Assembly (NCBI RefSeq): GCF_006345805.1
Contig: NC_043011.1
Location: 56,990,464-57,054,463 of the forward strand
Direction: 5' to 3'
From: Octopus sinensis
Lineage: Eukaryota
DNA: 64,000 nt
The position numbers and the translations under genes were made by a program. Shown here piece after piece: positions 26,473 through 38,600 of the stretch. The notes below the pieces were generated by a model. It did no database searches. It was not told where the DNA came from and was given only the letters and a program-made list of their open reading frames with translations. How positions within the stretch are numbered: the first letter of the stretch is position 1; the number at the start of each line of letters is the position of its first letter.

Positions 26473-26781
26473 GTTTGCACTGTGTAATTACCACCTTGGA
26501 AACGCTTGTCTGTGAGGGGCTGTTCCCTACCCCACCTCCATCCTCTTTGCCCCTTCAACCATTTATCCCCACCTTTCATCCCCTTACACCCATCACTTTT
26601 CTATCACCTGAGAGCAAATTTGGTACATACTAACCCCCTGCTCCCACCCAGCTTTCTCAGTTACCTTATTCCCCCCCCCCCCCACCTCAAACCACTCTGA
26701 CACTAGGCCTGAGGTTAAGGCATCTAATTCTTCTTGTTTCTTGTCTTTGCTTAATTGACCATTCCTTAATTCTAAAACCAG

Positions 26782-26866
26782 ATATGTGTACAGTGGCATA
26801 CGCAAGAAGCTGGAGGTACAGCCACCCGTCTTACCAGAGTTGGAAATCTCTCCAAGAAAACTGAGG
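26782..26866 (+). CDS. RFX7: RFX7-like exon, end of the DNA-binding domain plus PxLPxL motif
   Basis: Encodes (K)YVYSGIRKKLEVQPPVLPELEISPRKLR, comparable to RFX7 KYCYSGLRKK...PTLPNL. GTAATT donor, phase 0. Confidence 0.92.
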
Positions 26867-27431
26867 GTAATTAAATGAAAGAATTTCTTTTCTGTTTCTT
26901 GAAACCTGTCTGGGAATTTCTGTTGATCTGTTTCCAGTGAGATGCCATTTCATTTTACCATCCTTGGTTGGTTTCTCTAGCATTTCAAACCTGTTACACT
27001 AAAATTAAATGTGTGTGTGTGTGTGTGTGTGATTGTTGCTGCTGCTACTGTCATCAAGCAGACTTTCCAGCCATGACCATCCTGTCTTTTTCTTTTTCAG
27101 GCACAGTGTGTCCAGGACTATATTATCCAATGTGTTCTCTGCTTGTAGGGTGGGATTTGAGGGAGATTTGGCAGTTATTTCTAGTAGATTGAATGACCCT
27201 GTAAGGCAGAGCTTTCCAAACTTTTCACAATGGCAACACACTTTCTAAGAACAAAAATTTGTATGACAAATTGATTAAGTTTTGTTAATAATTAAACATC
27301 CCATCATCTCACAAATTGTACACTGAGTTGTTGGATCTCAAATATATTTCACAGCCAACTCATGTCAGCATGGAAAACACGTTAAATAATAATAATAACA
27401 ATGATGACGACAACTAGTTTATTATTATTAT

Positions 27432-27885
27432 TGAGTGAGAGAGCAGTTTATGCCATCAAAGTGACACTGGGGTAAAATATACGATGCCCAATATACCCAT
27501 CATGACTACCCGTCTGATAAGGGTACACCAGGCACATGCATCACAACCATATGTGCGCGATATGGTGATCTCATATCAAGATAAACAGCACATGACCTTG
27601 CAGGTGAGGCCCAGTTAGAATTTTCTTCTGGTCGAGTTGCCCATCCCGCTCAAAAGGTCCCTGAATAAGGGTTGTTTAAGGATGTTGAAAGAACCACCCA
27701 TGTTTCCAGAGGTGAATTATTCAAACCCCAAAGAATCCCTCTCAACACATGGCTATGATACTCCCCCACTACTTCTGCTTGTGATCAGAGATGCACATAT
27801 CGTCAGCCACTAAGGGACATGCTCAACTGGTTACGGTCAAACAACTGACAAGCAAATCTGTGGTATTGAGCAGAATATTTGCTGT
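27432..27885. mobile_element. Unclassified insertion flanked by (ATT)n
   Basis: Compositionally distinct ~450-bp block between TTA repeats. No recognisable ORF. Confidence 0.35.
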
Positions 27886-27940
27886 TTATTATTTATTATT
27901 ATTATTATTATTATCATTAATAATAATAATAAAAATTCAA

Positions 27941-28345
27941 GGTGGCAAGCTGGCAGAATCGTTAGCATGCTGGATGAAATGCTTGGCAGTATTTCATCTG
28001 TTGCTGAGTTCTGAGTTCAAATTCTGCCAAGGTCAACTTTGCCTTTCATCCTTTCGCGGTTGATAAATTAAGTACCAGTTACGCAATGGGATCAATGTAG
28101 TTGACTAGCTCCCTACCCCCAAATTTCAGGCCTTGTGCCTATAGTAGAAAAGGTTATTGTTAATTTAAGGCAGCGAACTGGCAGAATCGTTCTGAATTCA
28201 AATTCCATTGAGGTTGAGTTTACATTTCATCCTTTCGTGTTCGATAAAATAAGTACCAGTTGAACACGAGGGGAGGGGGTCGGAATGCAATCGACACTTC
28301 TCTCCCCAAAATTGCTGCCCTTGTGGCAAAATTTGAAACCATTAT
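27941..28345 (+). mobile_element. Two adjacent SINE family A variants
   Basis: Same head and central domain, with a different 3' part (CCCCAAAATTGCTGCCCTTGTG type). Confidence 0.75.
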
Positions 28346-28658
28346 TATCATTATCAATTTCTTTTTTTTTGTTGTGAAAATCTATTTGTTTTGACTTAAT
28401 TTCATGACACAACTAGAAAGTATCGCTCACCCACCAAAGTGTTGGAACAGTTTGGAAACCTCTGATGCACCAAACTTATATATATTTACACACACACACA
28501 CACACACATGCATGTATATATTGAATGTGATGACACCCCAATTTTTTACTCCTAAAATATAGAACTTTTGTGCCAAGTACCCAGGGTTTACTCTTTGTCT
28601 ATGACACAGCATGTTTCCTAAATAACCTCCAGTTTCTTTTTATCTCGTATTCTTTCAG

Positions 28659-28866
28659 GATGACGACAGCTATGGCCGAGATGAGCTGTTCAATGCTTCC
28701 TGCCAACTGGTTTGTGAGTGGGCGGAGAAGTTGTTGGAACGTGGTTTTACTGGTCTTCGTGATCTATCAGAGTTCCTCGTCAGCAATTCTTATGTGAACA
28801 GCAAATCTATGGCTGCATTTACAGTCAGTGCAGCTATGCAAGAGGCTGGGACTCTTAGTGCAAATG
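28659..28866 (+). CDS. RFX7: RFX7-like exon, conserved domain after the DNA-binding domain
   Basis: ttttcAG-type acceptor. Encodes DDDSYGRDELFNASCQLVCEWAEKLLERGFTGLRDLSEFLVSNSYVNSKSMAAFTV, comparable to RFX7 ACRLVCEWAQKVL...KSMAALTV. The phase-1 GTTGGT donor matches the next exon. Confidence 0.92.
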
Positions 28867-31800
28867 GTTGGTCATATTCAGATTTTACACTCTTCACCAT
28901 CAACCAGTCTTACTTATAGTATTTTTAGTGTGAACTTAGTGTTTTTGAATGGTGCTTGCTTGCTTATGTCGTAGGAGTTCCAAACCATTGACCCTCATCG
29001 TTCTTCGTACAAGAATGAGACAATTTGGTGCAGCTGTTTGGACGTTAGCTATTTGGCATGGCTGATTGGGCATTCAGCCTCTTTGGCAATAGTACGCTTT
29101 GGCATCAGAGGCAGATACATGCACACACACTGCACATAACTCATACATGCAGAAATATACAATTACAAACAGTGAAGAGAGGGAAAAACATTACAATCTA
29201 TTAATTGAACAGGATCAACCTAAACGCTTTGCCTCTCTTTACACACATAAGAGACAAATATACAGACATATATAGACTGAGTGAGAGAGAGAGAGAGCAA
29301 CATTGAATTATCTGATGCCAGATAAGTCGTTGTCGAATCAGAAACAACAAATAAATGGACCCAAAATGGCTGTGCCAAAACGTCTCCTACGCCACCCTCT
29401 CTTACCCTCTATGTGACACACCTTGGTATTTTTCTGATTTTTATTTAGATACGGCTTTAATATATTGAACTAATCCAAACTATGCAGTTTAGACATTCAG
29501 ACGTAGAGAGAGTTAACTCACAACACAGACAAGGCTTTTTATTAATAATTTAAATCTAATAATTGTGAGAACATGGATTGCTACGTTTGTAGAGTCGACA
29601 AGAAGCTGCCAAGGGTCTGGCTGCTTGTTCAGGAGTATCCTATATTTGGTGAATATTTATTGTGCCTGTGGCCAAGACACTTTCACTCTTTGCTCTCCCT
29701 ATCCACCTAGTTGTAAGTAGGTACCACAGTTATGAAACCCCTCAGCCCTATAAGCAGTCTTGTCTGTAAAATTGAGAAATGGTAGCTTGGTAACTCGCAG
29801 TGTTTAGTTCAGGAGAAAGAGTTGGATGTTATGGGTCTCGTCTACAAGTCGGTAGGTTTAGTCACTCATAGGTTTATTCATCTGGTCATGAATATTCAAC
29901 AAATCAACTTGGATCAGAAAGAAGAATAAAGATCTAATGACCAGATAAAAATAATCCCTTCTAGAATGAGGGAAAATCCATGATTTTCAAGTGGTTGTTT
30001 CACAAATATAGAAGAAACATGGATTTAAACAATCTCTTTAAATATCCTTTTAAACTGGCCACATCCAGCCCAAAATGTGTTCTACCTGTTTTATGTCCAA
30101 ACTGACCAGATCCAACCTATCCAACAATGTCATTCTAAAAATAAGCATTATTGAAATCTGAAAGCTACAAGAGATAATGCAGGATTAATTGAAAAGAATG
30201 GGAATCAGTGACCATTAAATTTAATAGGGTAATCTGAATGCTGAAGGGTTAAGCAAGTACATATTGATGCTGGTTGAGCGATTCACTTGGCATTTTGTAA
30301 TTCTGGATGTGGTCTTCTGCAGCATGGGGTACTTCACCTACTTTCGCCTGCCGTTATGTTCTGAGATCAAATTCCACCGAGGTCGACTTTGCCTTTCATC
30401 CTTTTGGGGTTGATAAATTAAGTACCAGTTACGCACTGGAGTCGATCTAAATGACTTAATCCGTTTGTCTGTCTTTGTTTGTCCCTTCTGTGTCTAGCCC
30501 CTTGTGGGTAGTAAAGAAATGAGTACTTCACCCACTTTGGGCAAGTATCTTCTATCACAGCCTTGGGGTAGACCGATGCCTTGTGAAATTCATTGTATAG
30601 AAACTAAAAACTTCATGGACGTCTATGGTGTGTGTGTGTGTGCAAATTGTGTTGGTCATATTTATATCAGTCAAAACCTGTTAAAATTCTGTATTATTGA
30701 TGCTCAAATGAGTTATCTCCCCTCATGTCCACTTTGCAATTTCCTATCTTACAAGAATGTTGAAATAAGTCCCAGACAAAGCACTGAGGTTGATAGCATC
30801 CACTATAAAATCCTTGAAGGTGGTGTCCTAGAATGGTCACAGTCCAGTCTCTGATCCAAATAGCAAAAAAAATAAATGCAACAGAAAAGATTATCCATTC
30901 TCACTTCAAATAGATTTTACTAACAATTTTTCAGTGATATATTTATTGCCATGTCTTGTAAGTAGAGAACCTCAGCTGTGCTGCTAATATCTAAAAATAT
31001 ATTTCTTTTAAACATTATCTTAGCTTTTCCCCAGGTTTGAACTTTGCAATTATTATTATCAAATTGGCAGGTGAAATTTGTGTTAAAAGCATTGACTTAT
31101 GTGTCCTTGGCTGAGCTTAATACTGACAGAACATTTTGGTGCGTTATTTAAAAGTTTTCCTCTTGGCTTTAACCTGAGATAATTCTTGTTACTCAATACT
31201 AATTTCTAACACATTATTAATATAGAAGTTTAACATTCTTTTCTTTTCTAATATTGCAATATTTGTTACTAATTACTCGTTAATATTCATCTATAATGTA
31301 AGGCAGCAAGCTGGCAGAATGGTGAACACACCAGACAAAATGCTAGATGGCACTTCATAGGTCTTTATGTTCTAAGTTCAAATTCTGCTGAGGTCGGTCT
31401 TGCCTTTCATCCTTTTGAGGTCAATAAGCCAAGGACCAGTTGATAATTGTAGTTGATTTAAACGATTTGGCCCCTTCTCAGAAACTGCTGGCCTTTTGTC
31501 AAAATTTGAGACCAATATTTATTTAAAATATCAGCAGTGGATTCATGTAACTGGTGTTGCGACAGACAAACAAAAGCTTTGCAGCGTTTAGTCAGGTCCT
31601 TTTAGGTTTTAAGTTCAAATACCACTGAGATTGGTTTTGCTTTTTACTCTTCCAGGGTCTGTAAAATAAGTACTGGGGCATAGCTGTGTGGTTAAGAAGC
31701 TTCCTTCCCAATCATGTGGTCTCAGGTTCAGTCTTACTGCGTAGCACTTTGAGCAAGTGTCTTCTACTGTTGCCTCACGTCATCCAAAACCTCCTGAGTG

Positions 31801-32721
31801 GATTTGGTAGACAGAAACTGAAAGAAGTCCTGTGTTTGTGTGTGCGCGCATGCATGCATGCGTGTGGGTTACTGTCTCCTTTCCTTGTCTCTGTGCGATC
31901 GTTGTAAATGAGTGTCACTGTCATGCCAGCAGTGTCCTTTTGCTTTCAGTCTTCTGTGAAGGAAACACCTGTGGTCGAGGGAAAATTAATCTTACTTAGA
32001 ACAACTTGAAACAGAGTGTTTTGCTCAAGGACACAACACATTGCCTGCTCTAAGAATTGAAACCACAATCTTGCGATCATGAGTGTAACACCCTAGTCTC
32101 TGAGCCATATACTGCCACATGTACATAGATACATAGGTACGATGGGCTTCTTTTAGTTTCAGACAAGGCTTTGGTTGACCCTGGACTATAGTGGAAGACA
32201 CTTGCCTAAGGGGGCAAGTGGTACTGAACCCAGAACTATGTGGTTGAGAAACAAACTTCTGTTGGGTTAAAATAATTAGGGCAGGTTTAGTGGGGTGGGG
32301 CAAACCATTGGTGGGGTTAGGCATTTTTAAAGTGTCATGGGCTGGGCGGAAGATCTAAACTACCAAAAGTCTGAGAGTCATTGATCCATATCGATGGACC
32401 TGTGAGTTGGTAAAAACAGAAAACTGTCAGGCTTAAATAATTATCTTTCCTCTTTCTCGGGTCTACTGGAGTCAATGCTGACTGCCGTCCTTTCATATTC
32501 TGGTGAAATTTGGTTAATTATTCTCTTACCAAAATTGTTGCTGTTTCTTAGTTTCTTTTATAATTTCAATTAATTAAAAAATAATTTGAAGAATTAACAT
32601 TTATATTTTTGCATTGTTTACAGTTCTATTATAAATGAACGTCTGGTCTATAATGACTTTTAGATCTATTAATGACTCTTAGGTACATGATTAATATTAT
32701 GACTGTCTAAACTAGCATTGT

Positions 32722-33030
32722 GGAGGCACATGGCCTAGTGGTTAGAGCAGCGGACTCGCGGTCGAGGGATCACGGGTTCGAATCTCAGACTGGAAGATGT
32801 GTGTGTTTATGAGCAAAACACCTAAGCTCCATGTGGCTCTGGCAGAAGGTAGTGACGAAACTTCTGCTGACTCTTTCGCCACAACTTTCTCTCACTCTTT
32901 CCTCCTGCATCTTGCAGCTCACCTGCGATGGACCGGCGTCCCATCCAGGTGGGGAACCTATACGCCAAGAAACCGGGAAACCGGCCCTTATGAGCCAGGC
33001 ATGGCTTGAGAAGGAACAAACAACAACAAA
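32722..33030 (+). mobile_element. SINE family C-related copy
   Basis: A box TGGCCTAGTGG and B box GGTTCGAATCTC. Same head and middle as the 21667 copy, but a different 3' half. Confidence 0.8.
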
Positions 33031-33971
33031 ACTAGCATTGCAAAAAATTGTGCAGAGATTAAGCTTTTTTAAATATTTTTTCTTATATATTTACTTTTAT
33101 CTTCATTATGGTAAGTTGGAAGATTAGTTTCACCATTACAAAATGCTTTAATTCACAGAATTAGAGTTTCATAAACACTTATTCCACTCACATGAAAACC
33201 CATATGTTAGTTGCAACATATTTAGTTTAAAGAACAATTCTTCCATGCATAATGGTATTGCTTCTTTGTGGAACATTGGCCATCAATGAATTGTTCTCCT
33301 CTGTTCTTGATTCTGGAGTTGTCTTTCCTTCTTCTTTCCAGTTAGATCCCTCCTTTTTCCTTACAGCTATTTTTCAAAGTTTGCTGCACCATGTCATACA
33401 TTTCTCCAAGGAAAGGCCTTCCTCTCCCAGATCTAAATTGTCATCGGTGCTTCTTTAACATTTCTTTTTCTAAGTAGGTGTATTTGTATTGGCCCTATGC
33501 AAATCCATTTTTACCTGTTGGAAGAGGTGGTCCATATTAGTCTGGCCCCTATCCTTTGAGATGTCCAGCATGAGAGGTCCTTGCAGGGGCTTGTGCTCCT
33601 CTGGCACAGCTCACAATCCCCCACACCACAAGATCTGGACCTTGTGATGGAAGGAACTTTTCAGTGTTCCTCGCTTGTATCAAATATGTTAATATTAATT
33701 GACCTGATATTTAATTAGTCTTTGGTGGTGTCTCTTTCAAAATAATGCACTCATTATAATTCTCTTTCATAAAAAATAAAATGCCAGCCTACTTTAGCTT
33801 CAATTACTGTAAAAGAATCTGTCCATGGGGCTAGAGCTTGACTCGACTTTTGTTGTTTCACTCCGGATGAAACAGGATTAAGCAGACAGAGGCATTCAGC
33901 CATGACTGTCTTCTCTCTTGTTTTTGGTCTATTTGGGGCTGAATTTTATAATGTATCCTTTCTTTCTTTAA

Positions 33972-34193
33972 CCCTTTCGATACTAACCCTGCTGAAACCA
34001 CCTCTGGCTCTGTACTACAAATGTCTCGTTTCCAAAAGTTCTGAATTAAAATCTTCCACCAAACCATAGTCACAATTTATGTTCCTAACACTAACTTAAT
34101 GACAACCAAGCTGTTTTACTAAATTCTTTGTTATTTTTAGAATCAATTGAAAGAAACACAGAGCATCTCAACAGAAATATGGTAACAACAGGG
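33972..34193. mobile_element. piggyBac-type MITE (TTAA target duplication)
   Basis: TTAA|CCCTTTCGATAC...GTAACAACAGGG|TTAA. Degenerate relatives at about 12121-12352 and 30050-30252. Confidence 0.75.
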
Positions 34194-35655
34194 TTAAGGT
34201 GTTAGTGTATGATATTTGGTTGCTATTTCTAGCTGACCAAGAGACCATGTAGAGACTCCTTTGTTTGTTTAATAGGATTGAGTGGACAAGAGTGAAGTGT
34301 ACCTTCTTAATTAGGGTGCTGTGTCCATTGCAGGTAATATTTCCCAGAAATGTTGGCTATCAGTTTCATGAACCACAAGAATCTCAAAAGGGTCAACACT
34401 TAACCCTCTGCTCTGTAGCTATCCTCTCACCTTCACTCACTAATATCAGTACTAGGTACGTTATTCCCCCCCCCCCAACTTTTTATTATAAATTGCCTAG
34501 ATCTTTGAAGAAGTTAACAAGCCAGCAAAGGAGAGTTTATGCTGTCATTCAACCCTGCTGGACATAGCAGCCAAGCCTCTCCTCCAACCACAACCTATCA
34601 GTTTACTGTAATCCTCGGTAGATAATGTGTGAATACATGAAAGGATGATCGTGGTTGGGTTGTCTTAGGTCGCTTCAATCAGGGTTGAACTAAGCCACAA
34701 CACTAATGGAATTAGTGTGTTGTACTGAGCCATGTTGAAATGACTGTCCTCTTAAATCTTGGAGACTTGAGGAGATTTGAAAAGGGCTTTGCTGGTGCAT
34801 TCAGTGGTAAGCGCTGCATCTTGGATGCCAGAAGGTTTCAAGGGTTATCACGAGGGAAAATGGCATCATTTCGTGGCATTCACCTTGACAGCTTTATCGC
34901 TTACCAGCCCCAGTCACTGATGTGAGAATCCCCACCCCACCCACCTACCTTTACGGCTGACTTGTCTTTGACCTCAGGTGCAAAAGAAATGGACTTTGGA
35001 TTAAATTTGTTACTTTTATCTAGTTTCATCTTACCGAGTTGAGTTCACTCCCCTGTCAGGACATAGCTATGGTTACCTACCTCAAAGCTCAGTAAAATAA
35101 GAATCAATAACACACACCAGGTGGCAGCACAACTGATTCCATTACACTCTTCTTCTCTCCCCCTCCACCTTCAAACTGTTGCTCCCTCCCCTTGACCTTT
35201 ATGTAAGAAATCAGTATTGTTGATCTCTGTTTTTGGCAAGCAGTGGGGGGGATGTCTCTCTCCCCCTCCCTCTTTCTCTCTCTATATTTCTCTCATACAT
35301 ATACACTCTTAGATGTCAAGTTTTGTCTTTGAATTCCTGCACACACACACATACACACGCACGCATGCACCTTATTTACTTGTGCATGAGTCACACTATT
35401 TTATACTTGATTTTAACTTAAGATATAAACACCTGGGGGGTGACTTATACTTGGGGTCAAAACTAAAAATGTGAAGGGAAAAGATTTTGTACCAAGACTT
35501 AACATCAAAATTAGGGGTGCAGCATGAGTACCCATGGTACATTAAGTGAGATTACAGTATAAGTAAGAAAGAGCCCAAATATAATATTTTTATCATTGAG
35601 ATAATTACTGAATAACTTATGTTGTTGTTTTTTTTCTCTCTCTCTCTCTGTTTAG

Positions 35656-38600
35656 CTGCAATGTCATCTCTTTTCTCCAATGCTTCTGGTGGAGACAAGC
35701 ATCGGGAAACACAATTACAACTCCAACGTAAGCTGCAAGAACGAGAAATACTGAAGGAGCAGAAACGTCGTCTACATCAACAAAGGCAAGAGAATGAATT
35801 TGATAGCAAATCTCCCCAAAGGACACGAAACGAAACTCACACCCCGGGCCTTCCAAGCCCGAAGACCAAGTTTTTATCACCGTCATCTTGTTTACGATTT
35901 CGATCATCAAGTAGTTTGGAGAACTTACTCATGCCGACTGCGTTATCCGATAGTAAATCTCGCATCAAAGACCAACCTACGAGTTATGCAACAGCTGCTG
36001 CCGCAGCAGACCGGAGATGGCATCAACCAAATTGCCAAGATGTGGCTTCAAGCATTGCTGCACATTCTCTTTCCCAGCCATTAAAACTGTTGTCTGCTCG
36101 ATCTCTTTTCCAAGAGAAAACTCCAGATAAATCATCCAGTATCTGTGATCAATCCGACGAAAGATCTACGTCTCAGCTCTCCAAAAAGGAGGGCAGCCAC
36201 GATTCAGCAGACACAAAGCCCAAAATAGACCAACTGGAAAACTTTCTTTCTGTGAAAAAGCCATCTGTGATCCCAGCTCAAAGTTGGGTTGATGAGAAAG
36301 GATGTAGCAAGCCTAAAAGTAACGCTGGGTCAAGTTTATCAGCCATATTGTCAACCCCTAATGAAGAAAGTGAAGACAACCTGCACAAAAATCAGTCATC
36401 AGCTGATGACAACAACGGCACTGGTGCCGATGCTGGGGATAATCAGACAGACAACAGTGTGAATAGTAACAGTGGTACCTTTTCCCTAAACGTGATTCTT
36501 GATAAAACTTCACGAGTTGGGAGTGGAGTACCCCTTGTTTCGCAGCCTGGTTATGCAAAAAGTGCATTTGTTCCTTTTTCGCAGATGCATTTGCAGAATG
36601 TGGCAGACACAAAGACAACACAATCAACTGATTACGCAGTTCCATCATCACAGAAGACAGCTGAGCATAACTCTGAGCCGAGTATTTTAGCACAAATGTT
36701 AGAATCAAACGAAAACTCATCGTCACCATCTTCTCCTAATTGTGGACAGAGTGGCAACTATGTGCAGGTTCCATCTTCTAGTAAAGCAAGTGGGGAGTCT
36801 GAAAGTGTGCCTGTAAGTTCTGTAGAATTAATCAGTCAAACATCTCCATCTGTTTCCAAACGATCTCGATCCCGCTTTGCACCAATACGTCCCAAGGCCA
36901 TGCAGCCTAAAACAGTATTGTCATTACTACAGGAACCAAGTACAAGTACCTCTGACTTCCCACACTACGATTGTCGGCCAATATCTGCAATTTTAAAAGA
37001 AAAACGTGCTCGAGAACAGGCTGAAGCGCTGAGCCAAAGTAACAGCGTGACATCACTCCCTGCATCCCTCGCATCATCCACTTCTACTGCATCCCCATTC
37101 AATTCTGTTGCAACTGTAACAGAAGTCGTTACTATACCTGTCAACCATGTTAGCAAGTCAAATGAACTTCTCATAATCTTGGGGTCCCCAGCTTCTGGAG
37201 CCATGGGTCATTCCGGTAATGTGTTTCTATCATCTGCTCAGAACACTCCAGCCATTGTTTCAGGAACTAATTTGGATCAGCAATCTGCTGTAACGGCAGC
37301 AACCATTCTCCAAACCATTCCATCAATCACAAGCAATATCGTTCCCAAACCTGATGCCGTCTCCTCCCTTAGCAACAACCCAGGATGTATTACTGCTAAT
37401 AACGAACAGCTGAGTCTGAAAACTATACAATTAAGTGCTACCAACCTTTCAATTCCTACTCAGCAGCTGTTCACCTCCATAAATACTCAACCTGCAATTA
37501 CTACGGAAGAACCACCAAACAACACCATTCAAACTGCTCCAACCATTGGACTTTCTTTGACCGGTGGTCTAACTGGTCTGTCTGATGTACAAGAATGTCC
37601 AATAGAGAACCAGAATCAGTTTATGATCTCTAAAAACATCCAGTTAGAAGGAACTTTGCTTTCAGGTTTCAACTTTAGTTTAGCAGATACTTCGCAGCCA
37701 CAAGTTGGTTCAATTGCAAACATGTTGGCAACAGACGCCTCCATTCCTCAGGTAGCAGTAAAAATGGAACCAGGTAAATTAGATTGCACATCTGCTCAAA
37801 TCCCATTGTCTACCATTGCTTCAGTTGGAAAAACTGCTATGGTTGAATCGTCTGTTGACATTGCGAATTCAAACGAACCCAGTGGGGCAAACAGTGTGAA
37901 CCAACCTCAGTCGATTGCTAAAATATTTCTAAGTGATTTCACTCAATCAATAAATTCCTCTGAATCTTACCCTAGTGATAGCGCCGTCATTGTTTGTAAA
38001 AGGGAGCAGATTGCTGCTGCATCTCAGACCAAACAAGAAACTCCTCAGCAACAACAACAACAACCACCACCACCTCAACAACATCCACCATCTCTTTTGA
38101 GACCTTTACTCAACTCTGATCTGAACTCAAGCGAACTTTCGAAAACTAAAATCTTGAATGAACTGCTGAGTTCTGAAGATTCTCCGGAAACTAAATCAAA
38201 CCCTGACAGTCCTTTGGAGGAAGTGAAATTAGAACCCATCCATGAAAACCTTTTAGACAGCTGCTTGAATTTAAAAAGTTCTCCATCGAGTTCTGAATCT
38301 AATCTAGAAGAAATGTCACTTCAGTCAGAAGTGGCAACGGTGTCGGCTGTGTTACCTGGTTCCATCAACGAAGAAGACATGGTTAATTCTCAGACTGGAG
38401 CAGCATCTGGAGAATCTTTAATTTTTTCAAGACCTCCGTCGTGTGGTCGAACTTTGTCAGGCGACACATTCTTCTCAGTATCTCAGGGTAACATCACAAC
38501 TCCGGTAACAACTGGTTTACTTCATCTTGGTACATTAACGAGCAATGGGACTATTGCTTTTGTCAGTACCGAACCTGTAGCTGTTAGTATGCCTGCTCAG

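Larger units (their letters stand above)
24904..26781 (+). other. U12-type (minor spliceosome) GT-AG intron
   Basis: 5' splice site GTATCCTT. Branch site TTCCTTAAT at 26762-26770, about 10 nt before the AG, with no polypyrimidine tract in between. Splicing restores SKYVYSG in frame. Confidence 0.9.

Noticed and set aside
35619-35655. Apparent signal peptide MLLFFFSLSLCLA at the start of the 2341-aa ORF, suggesting a secreted mucin-like protein
   Set aside because: It is the translated polypyrimidine tract of the acceptor at 35655. The exon joins the RFX exons in the correct phase.
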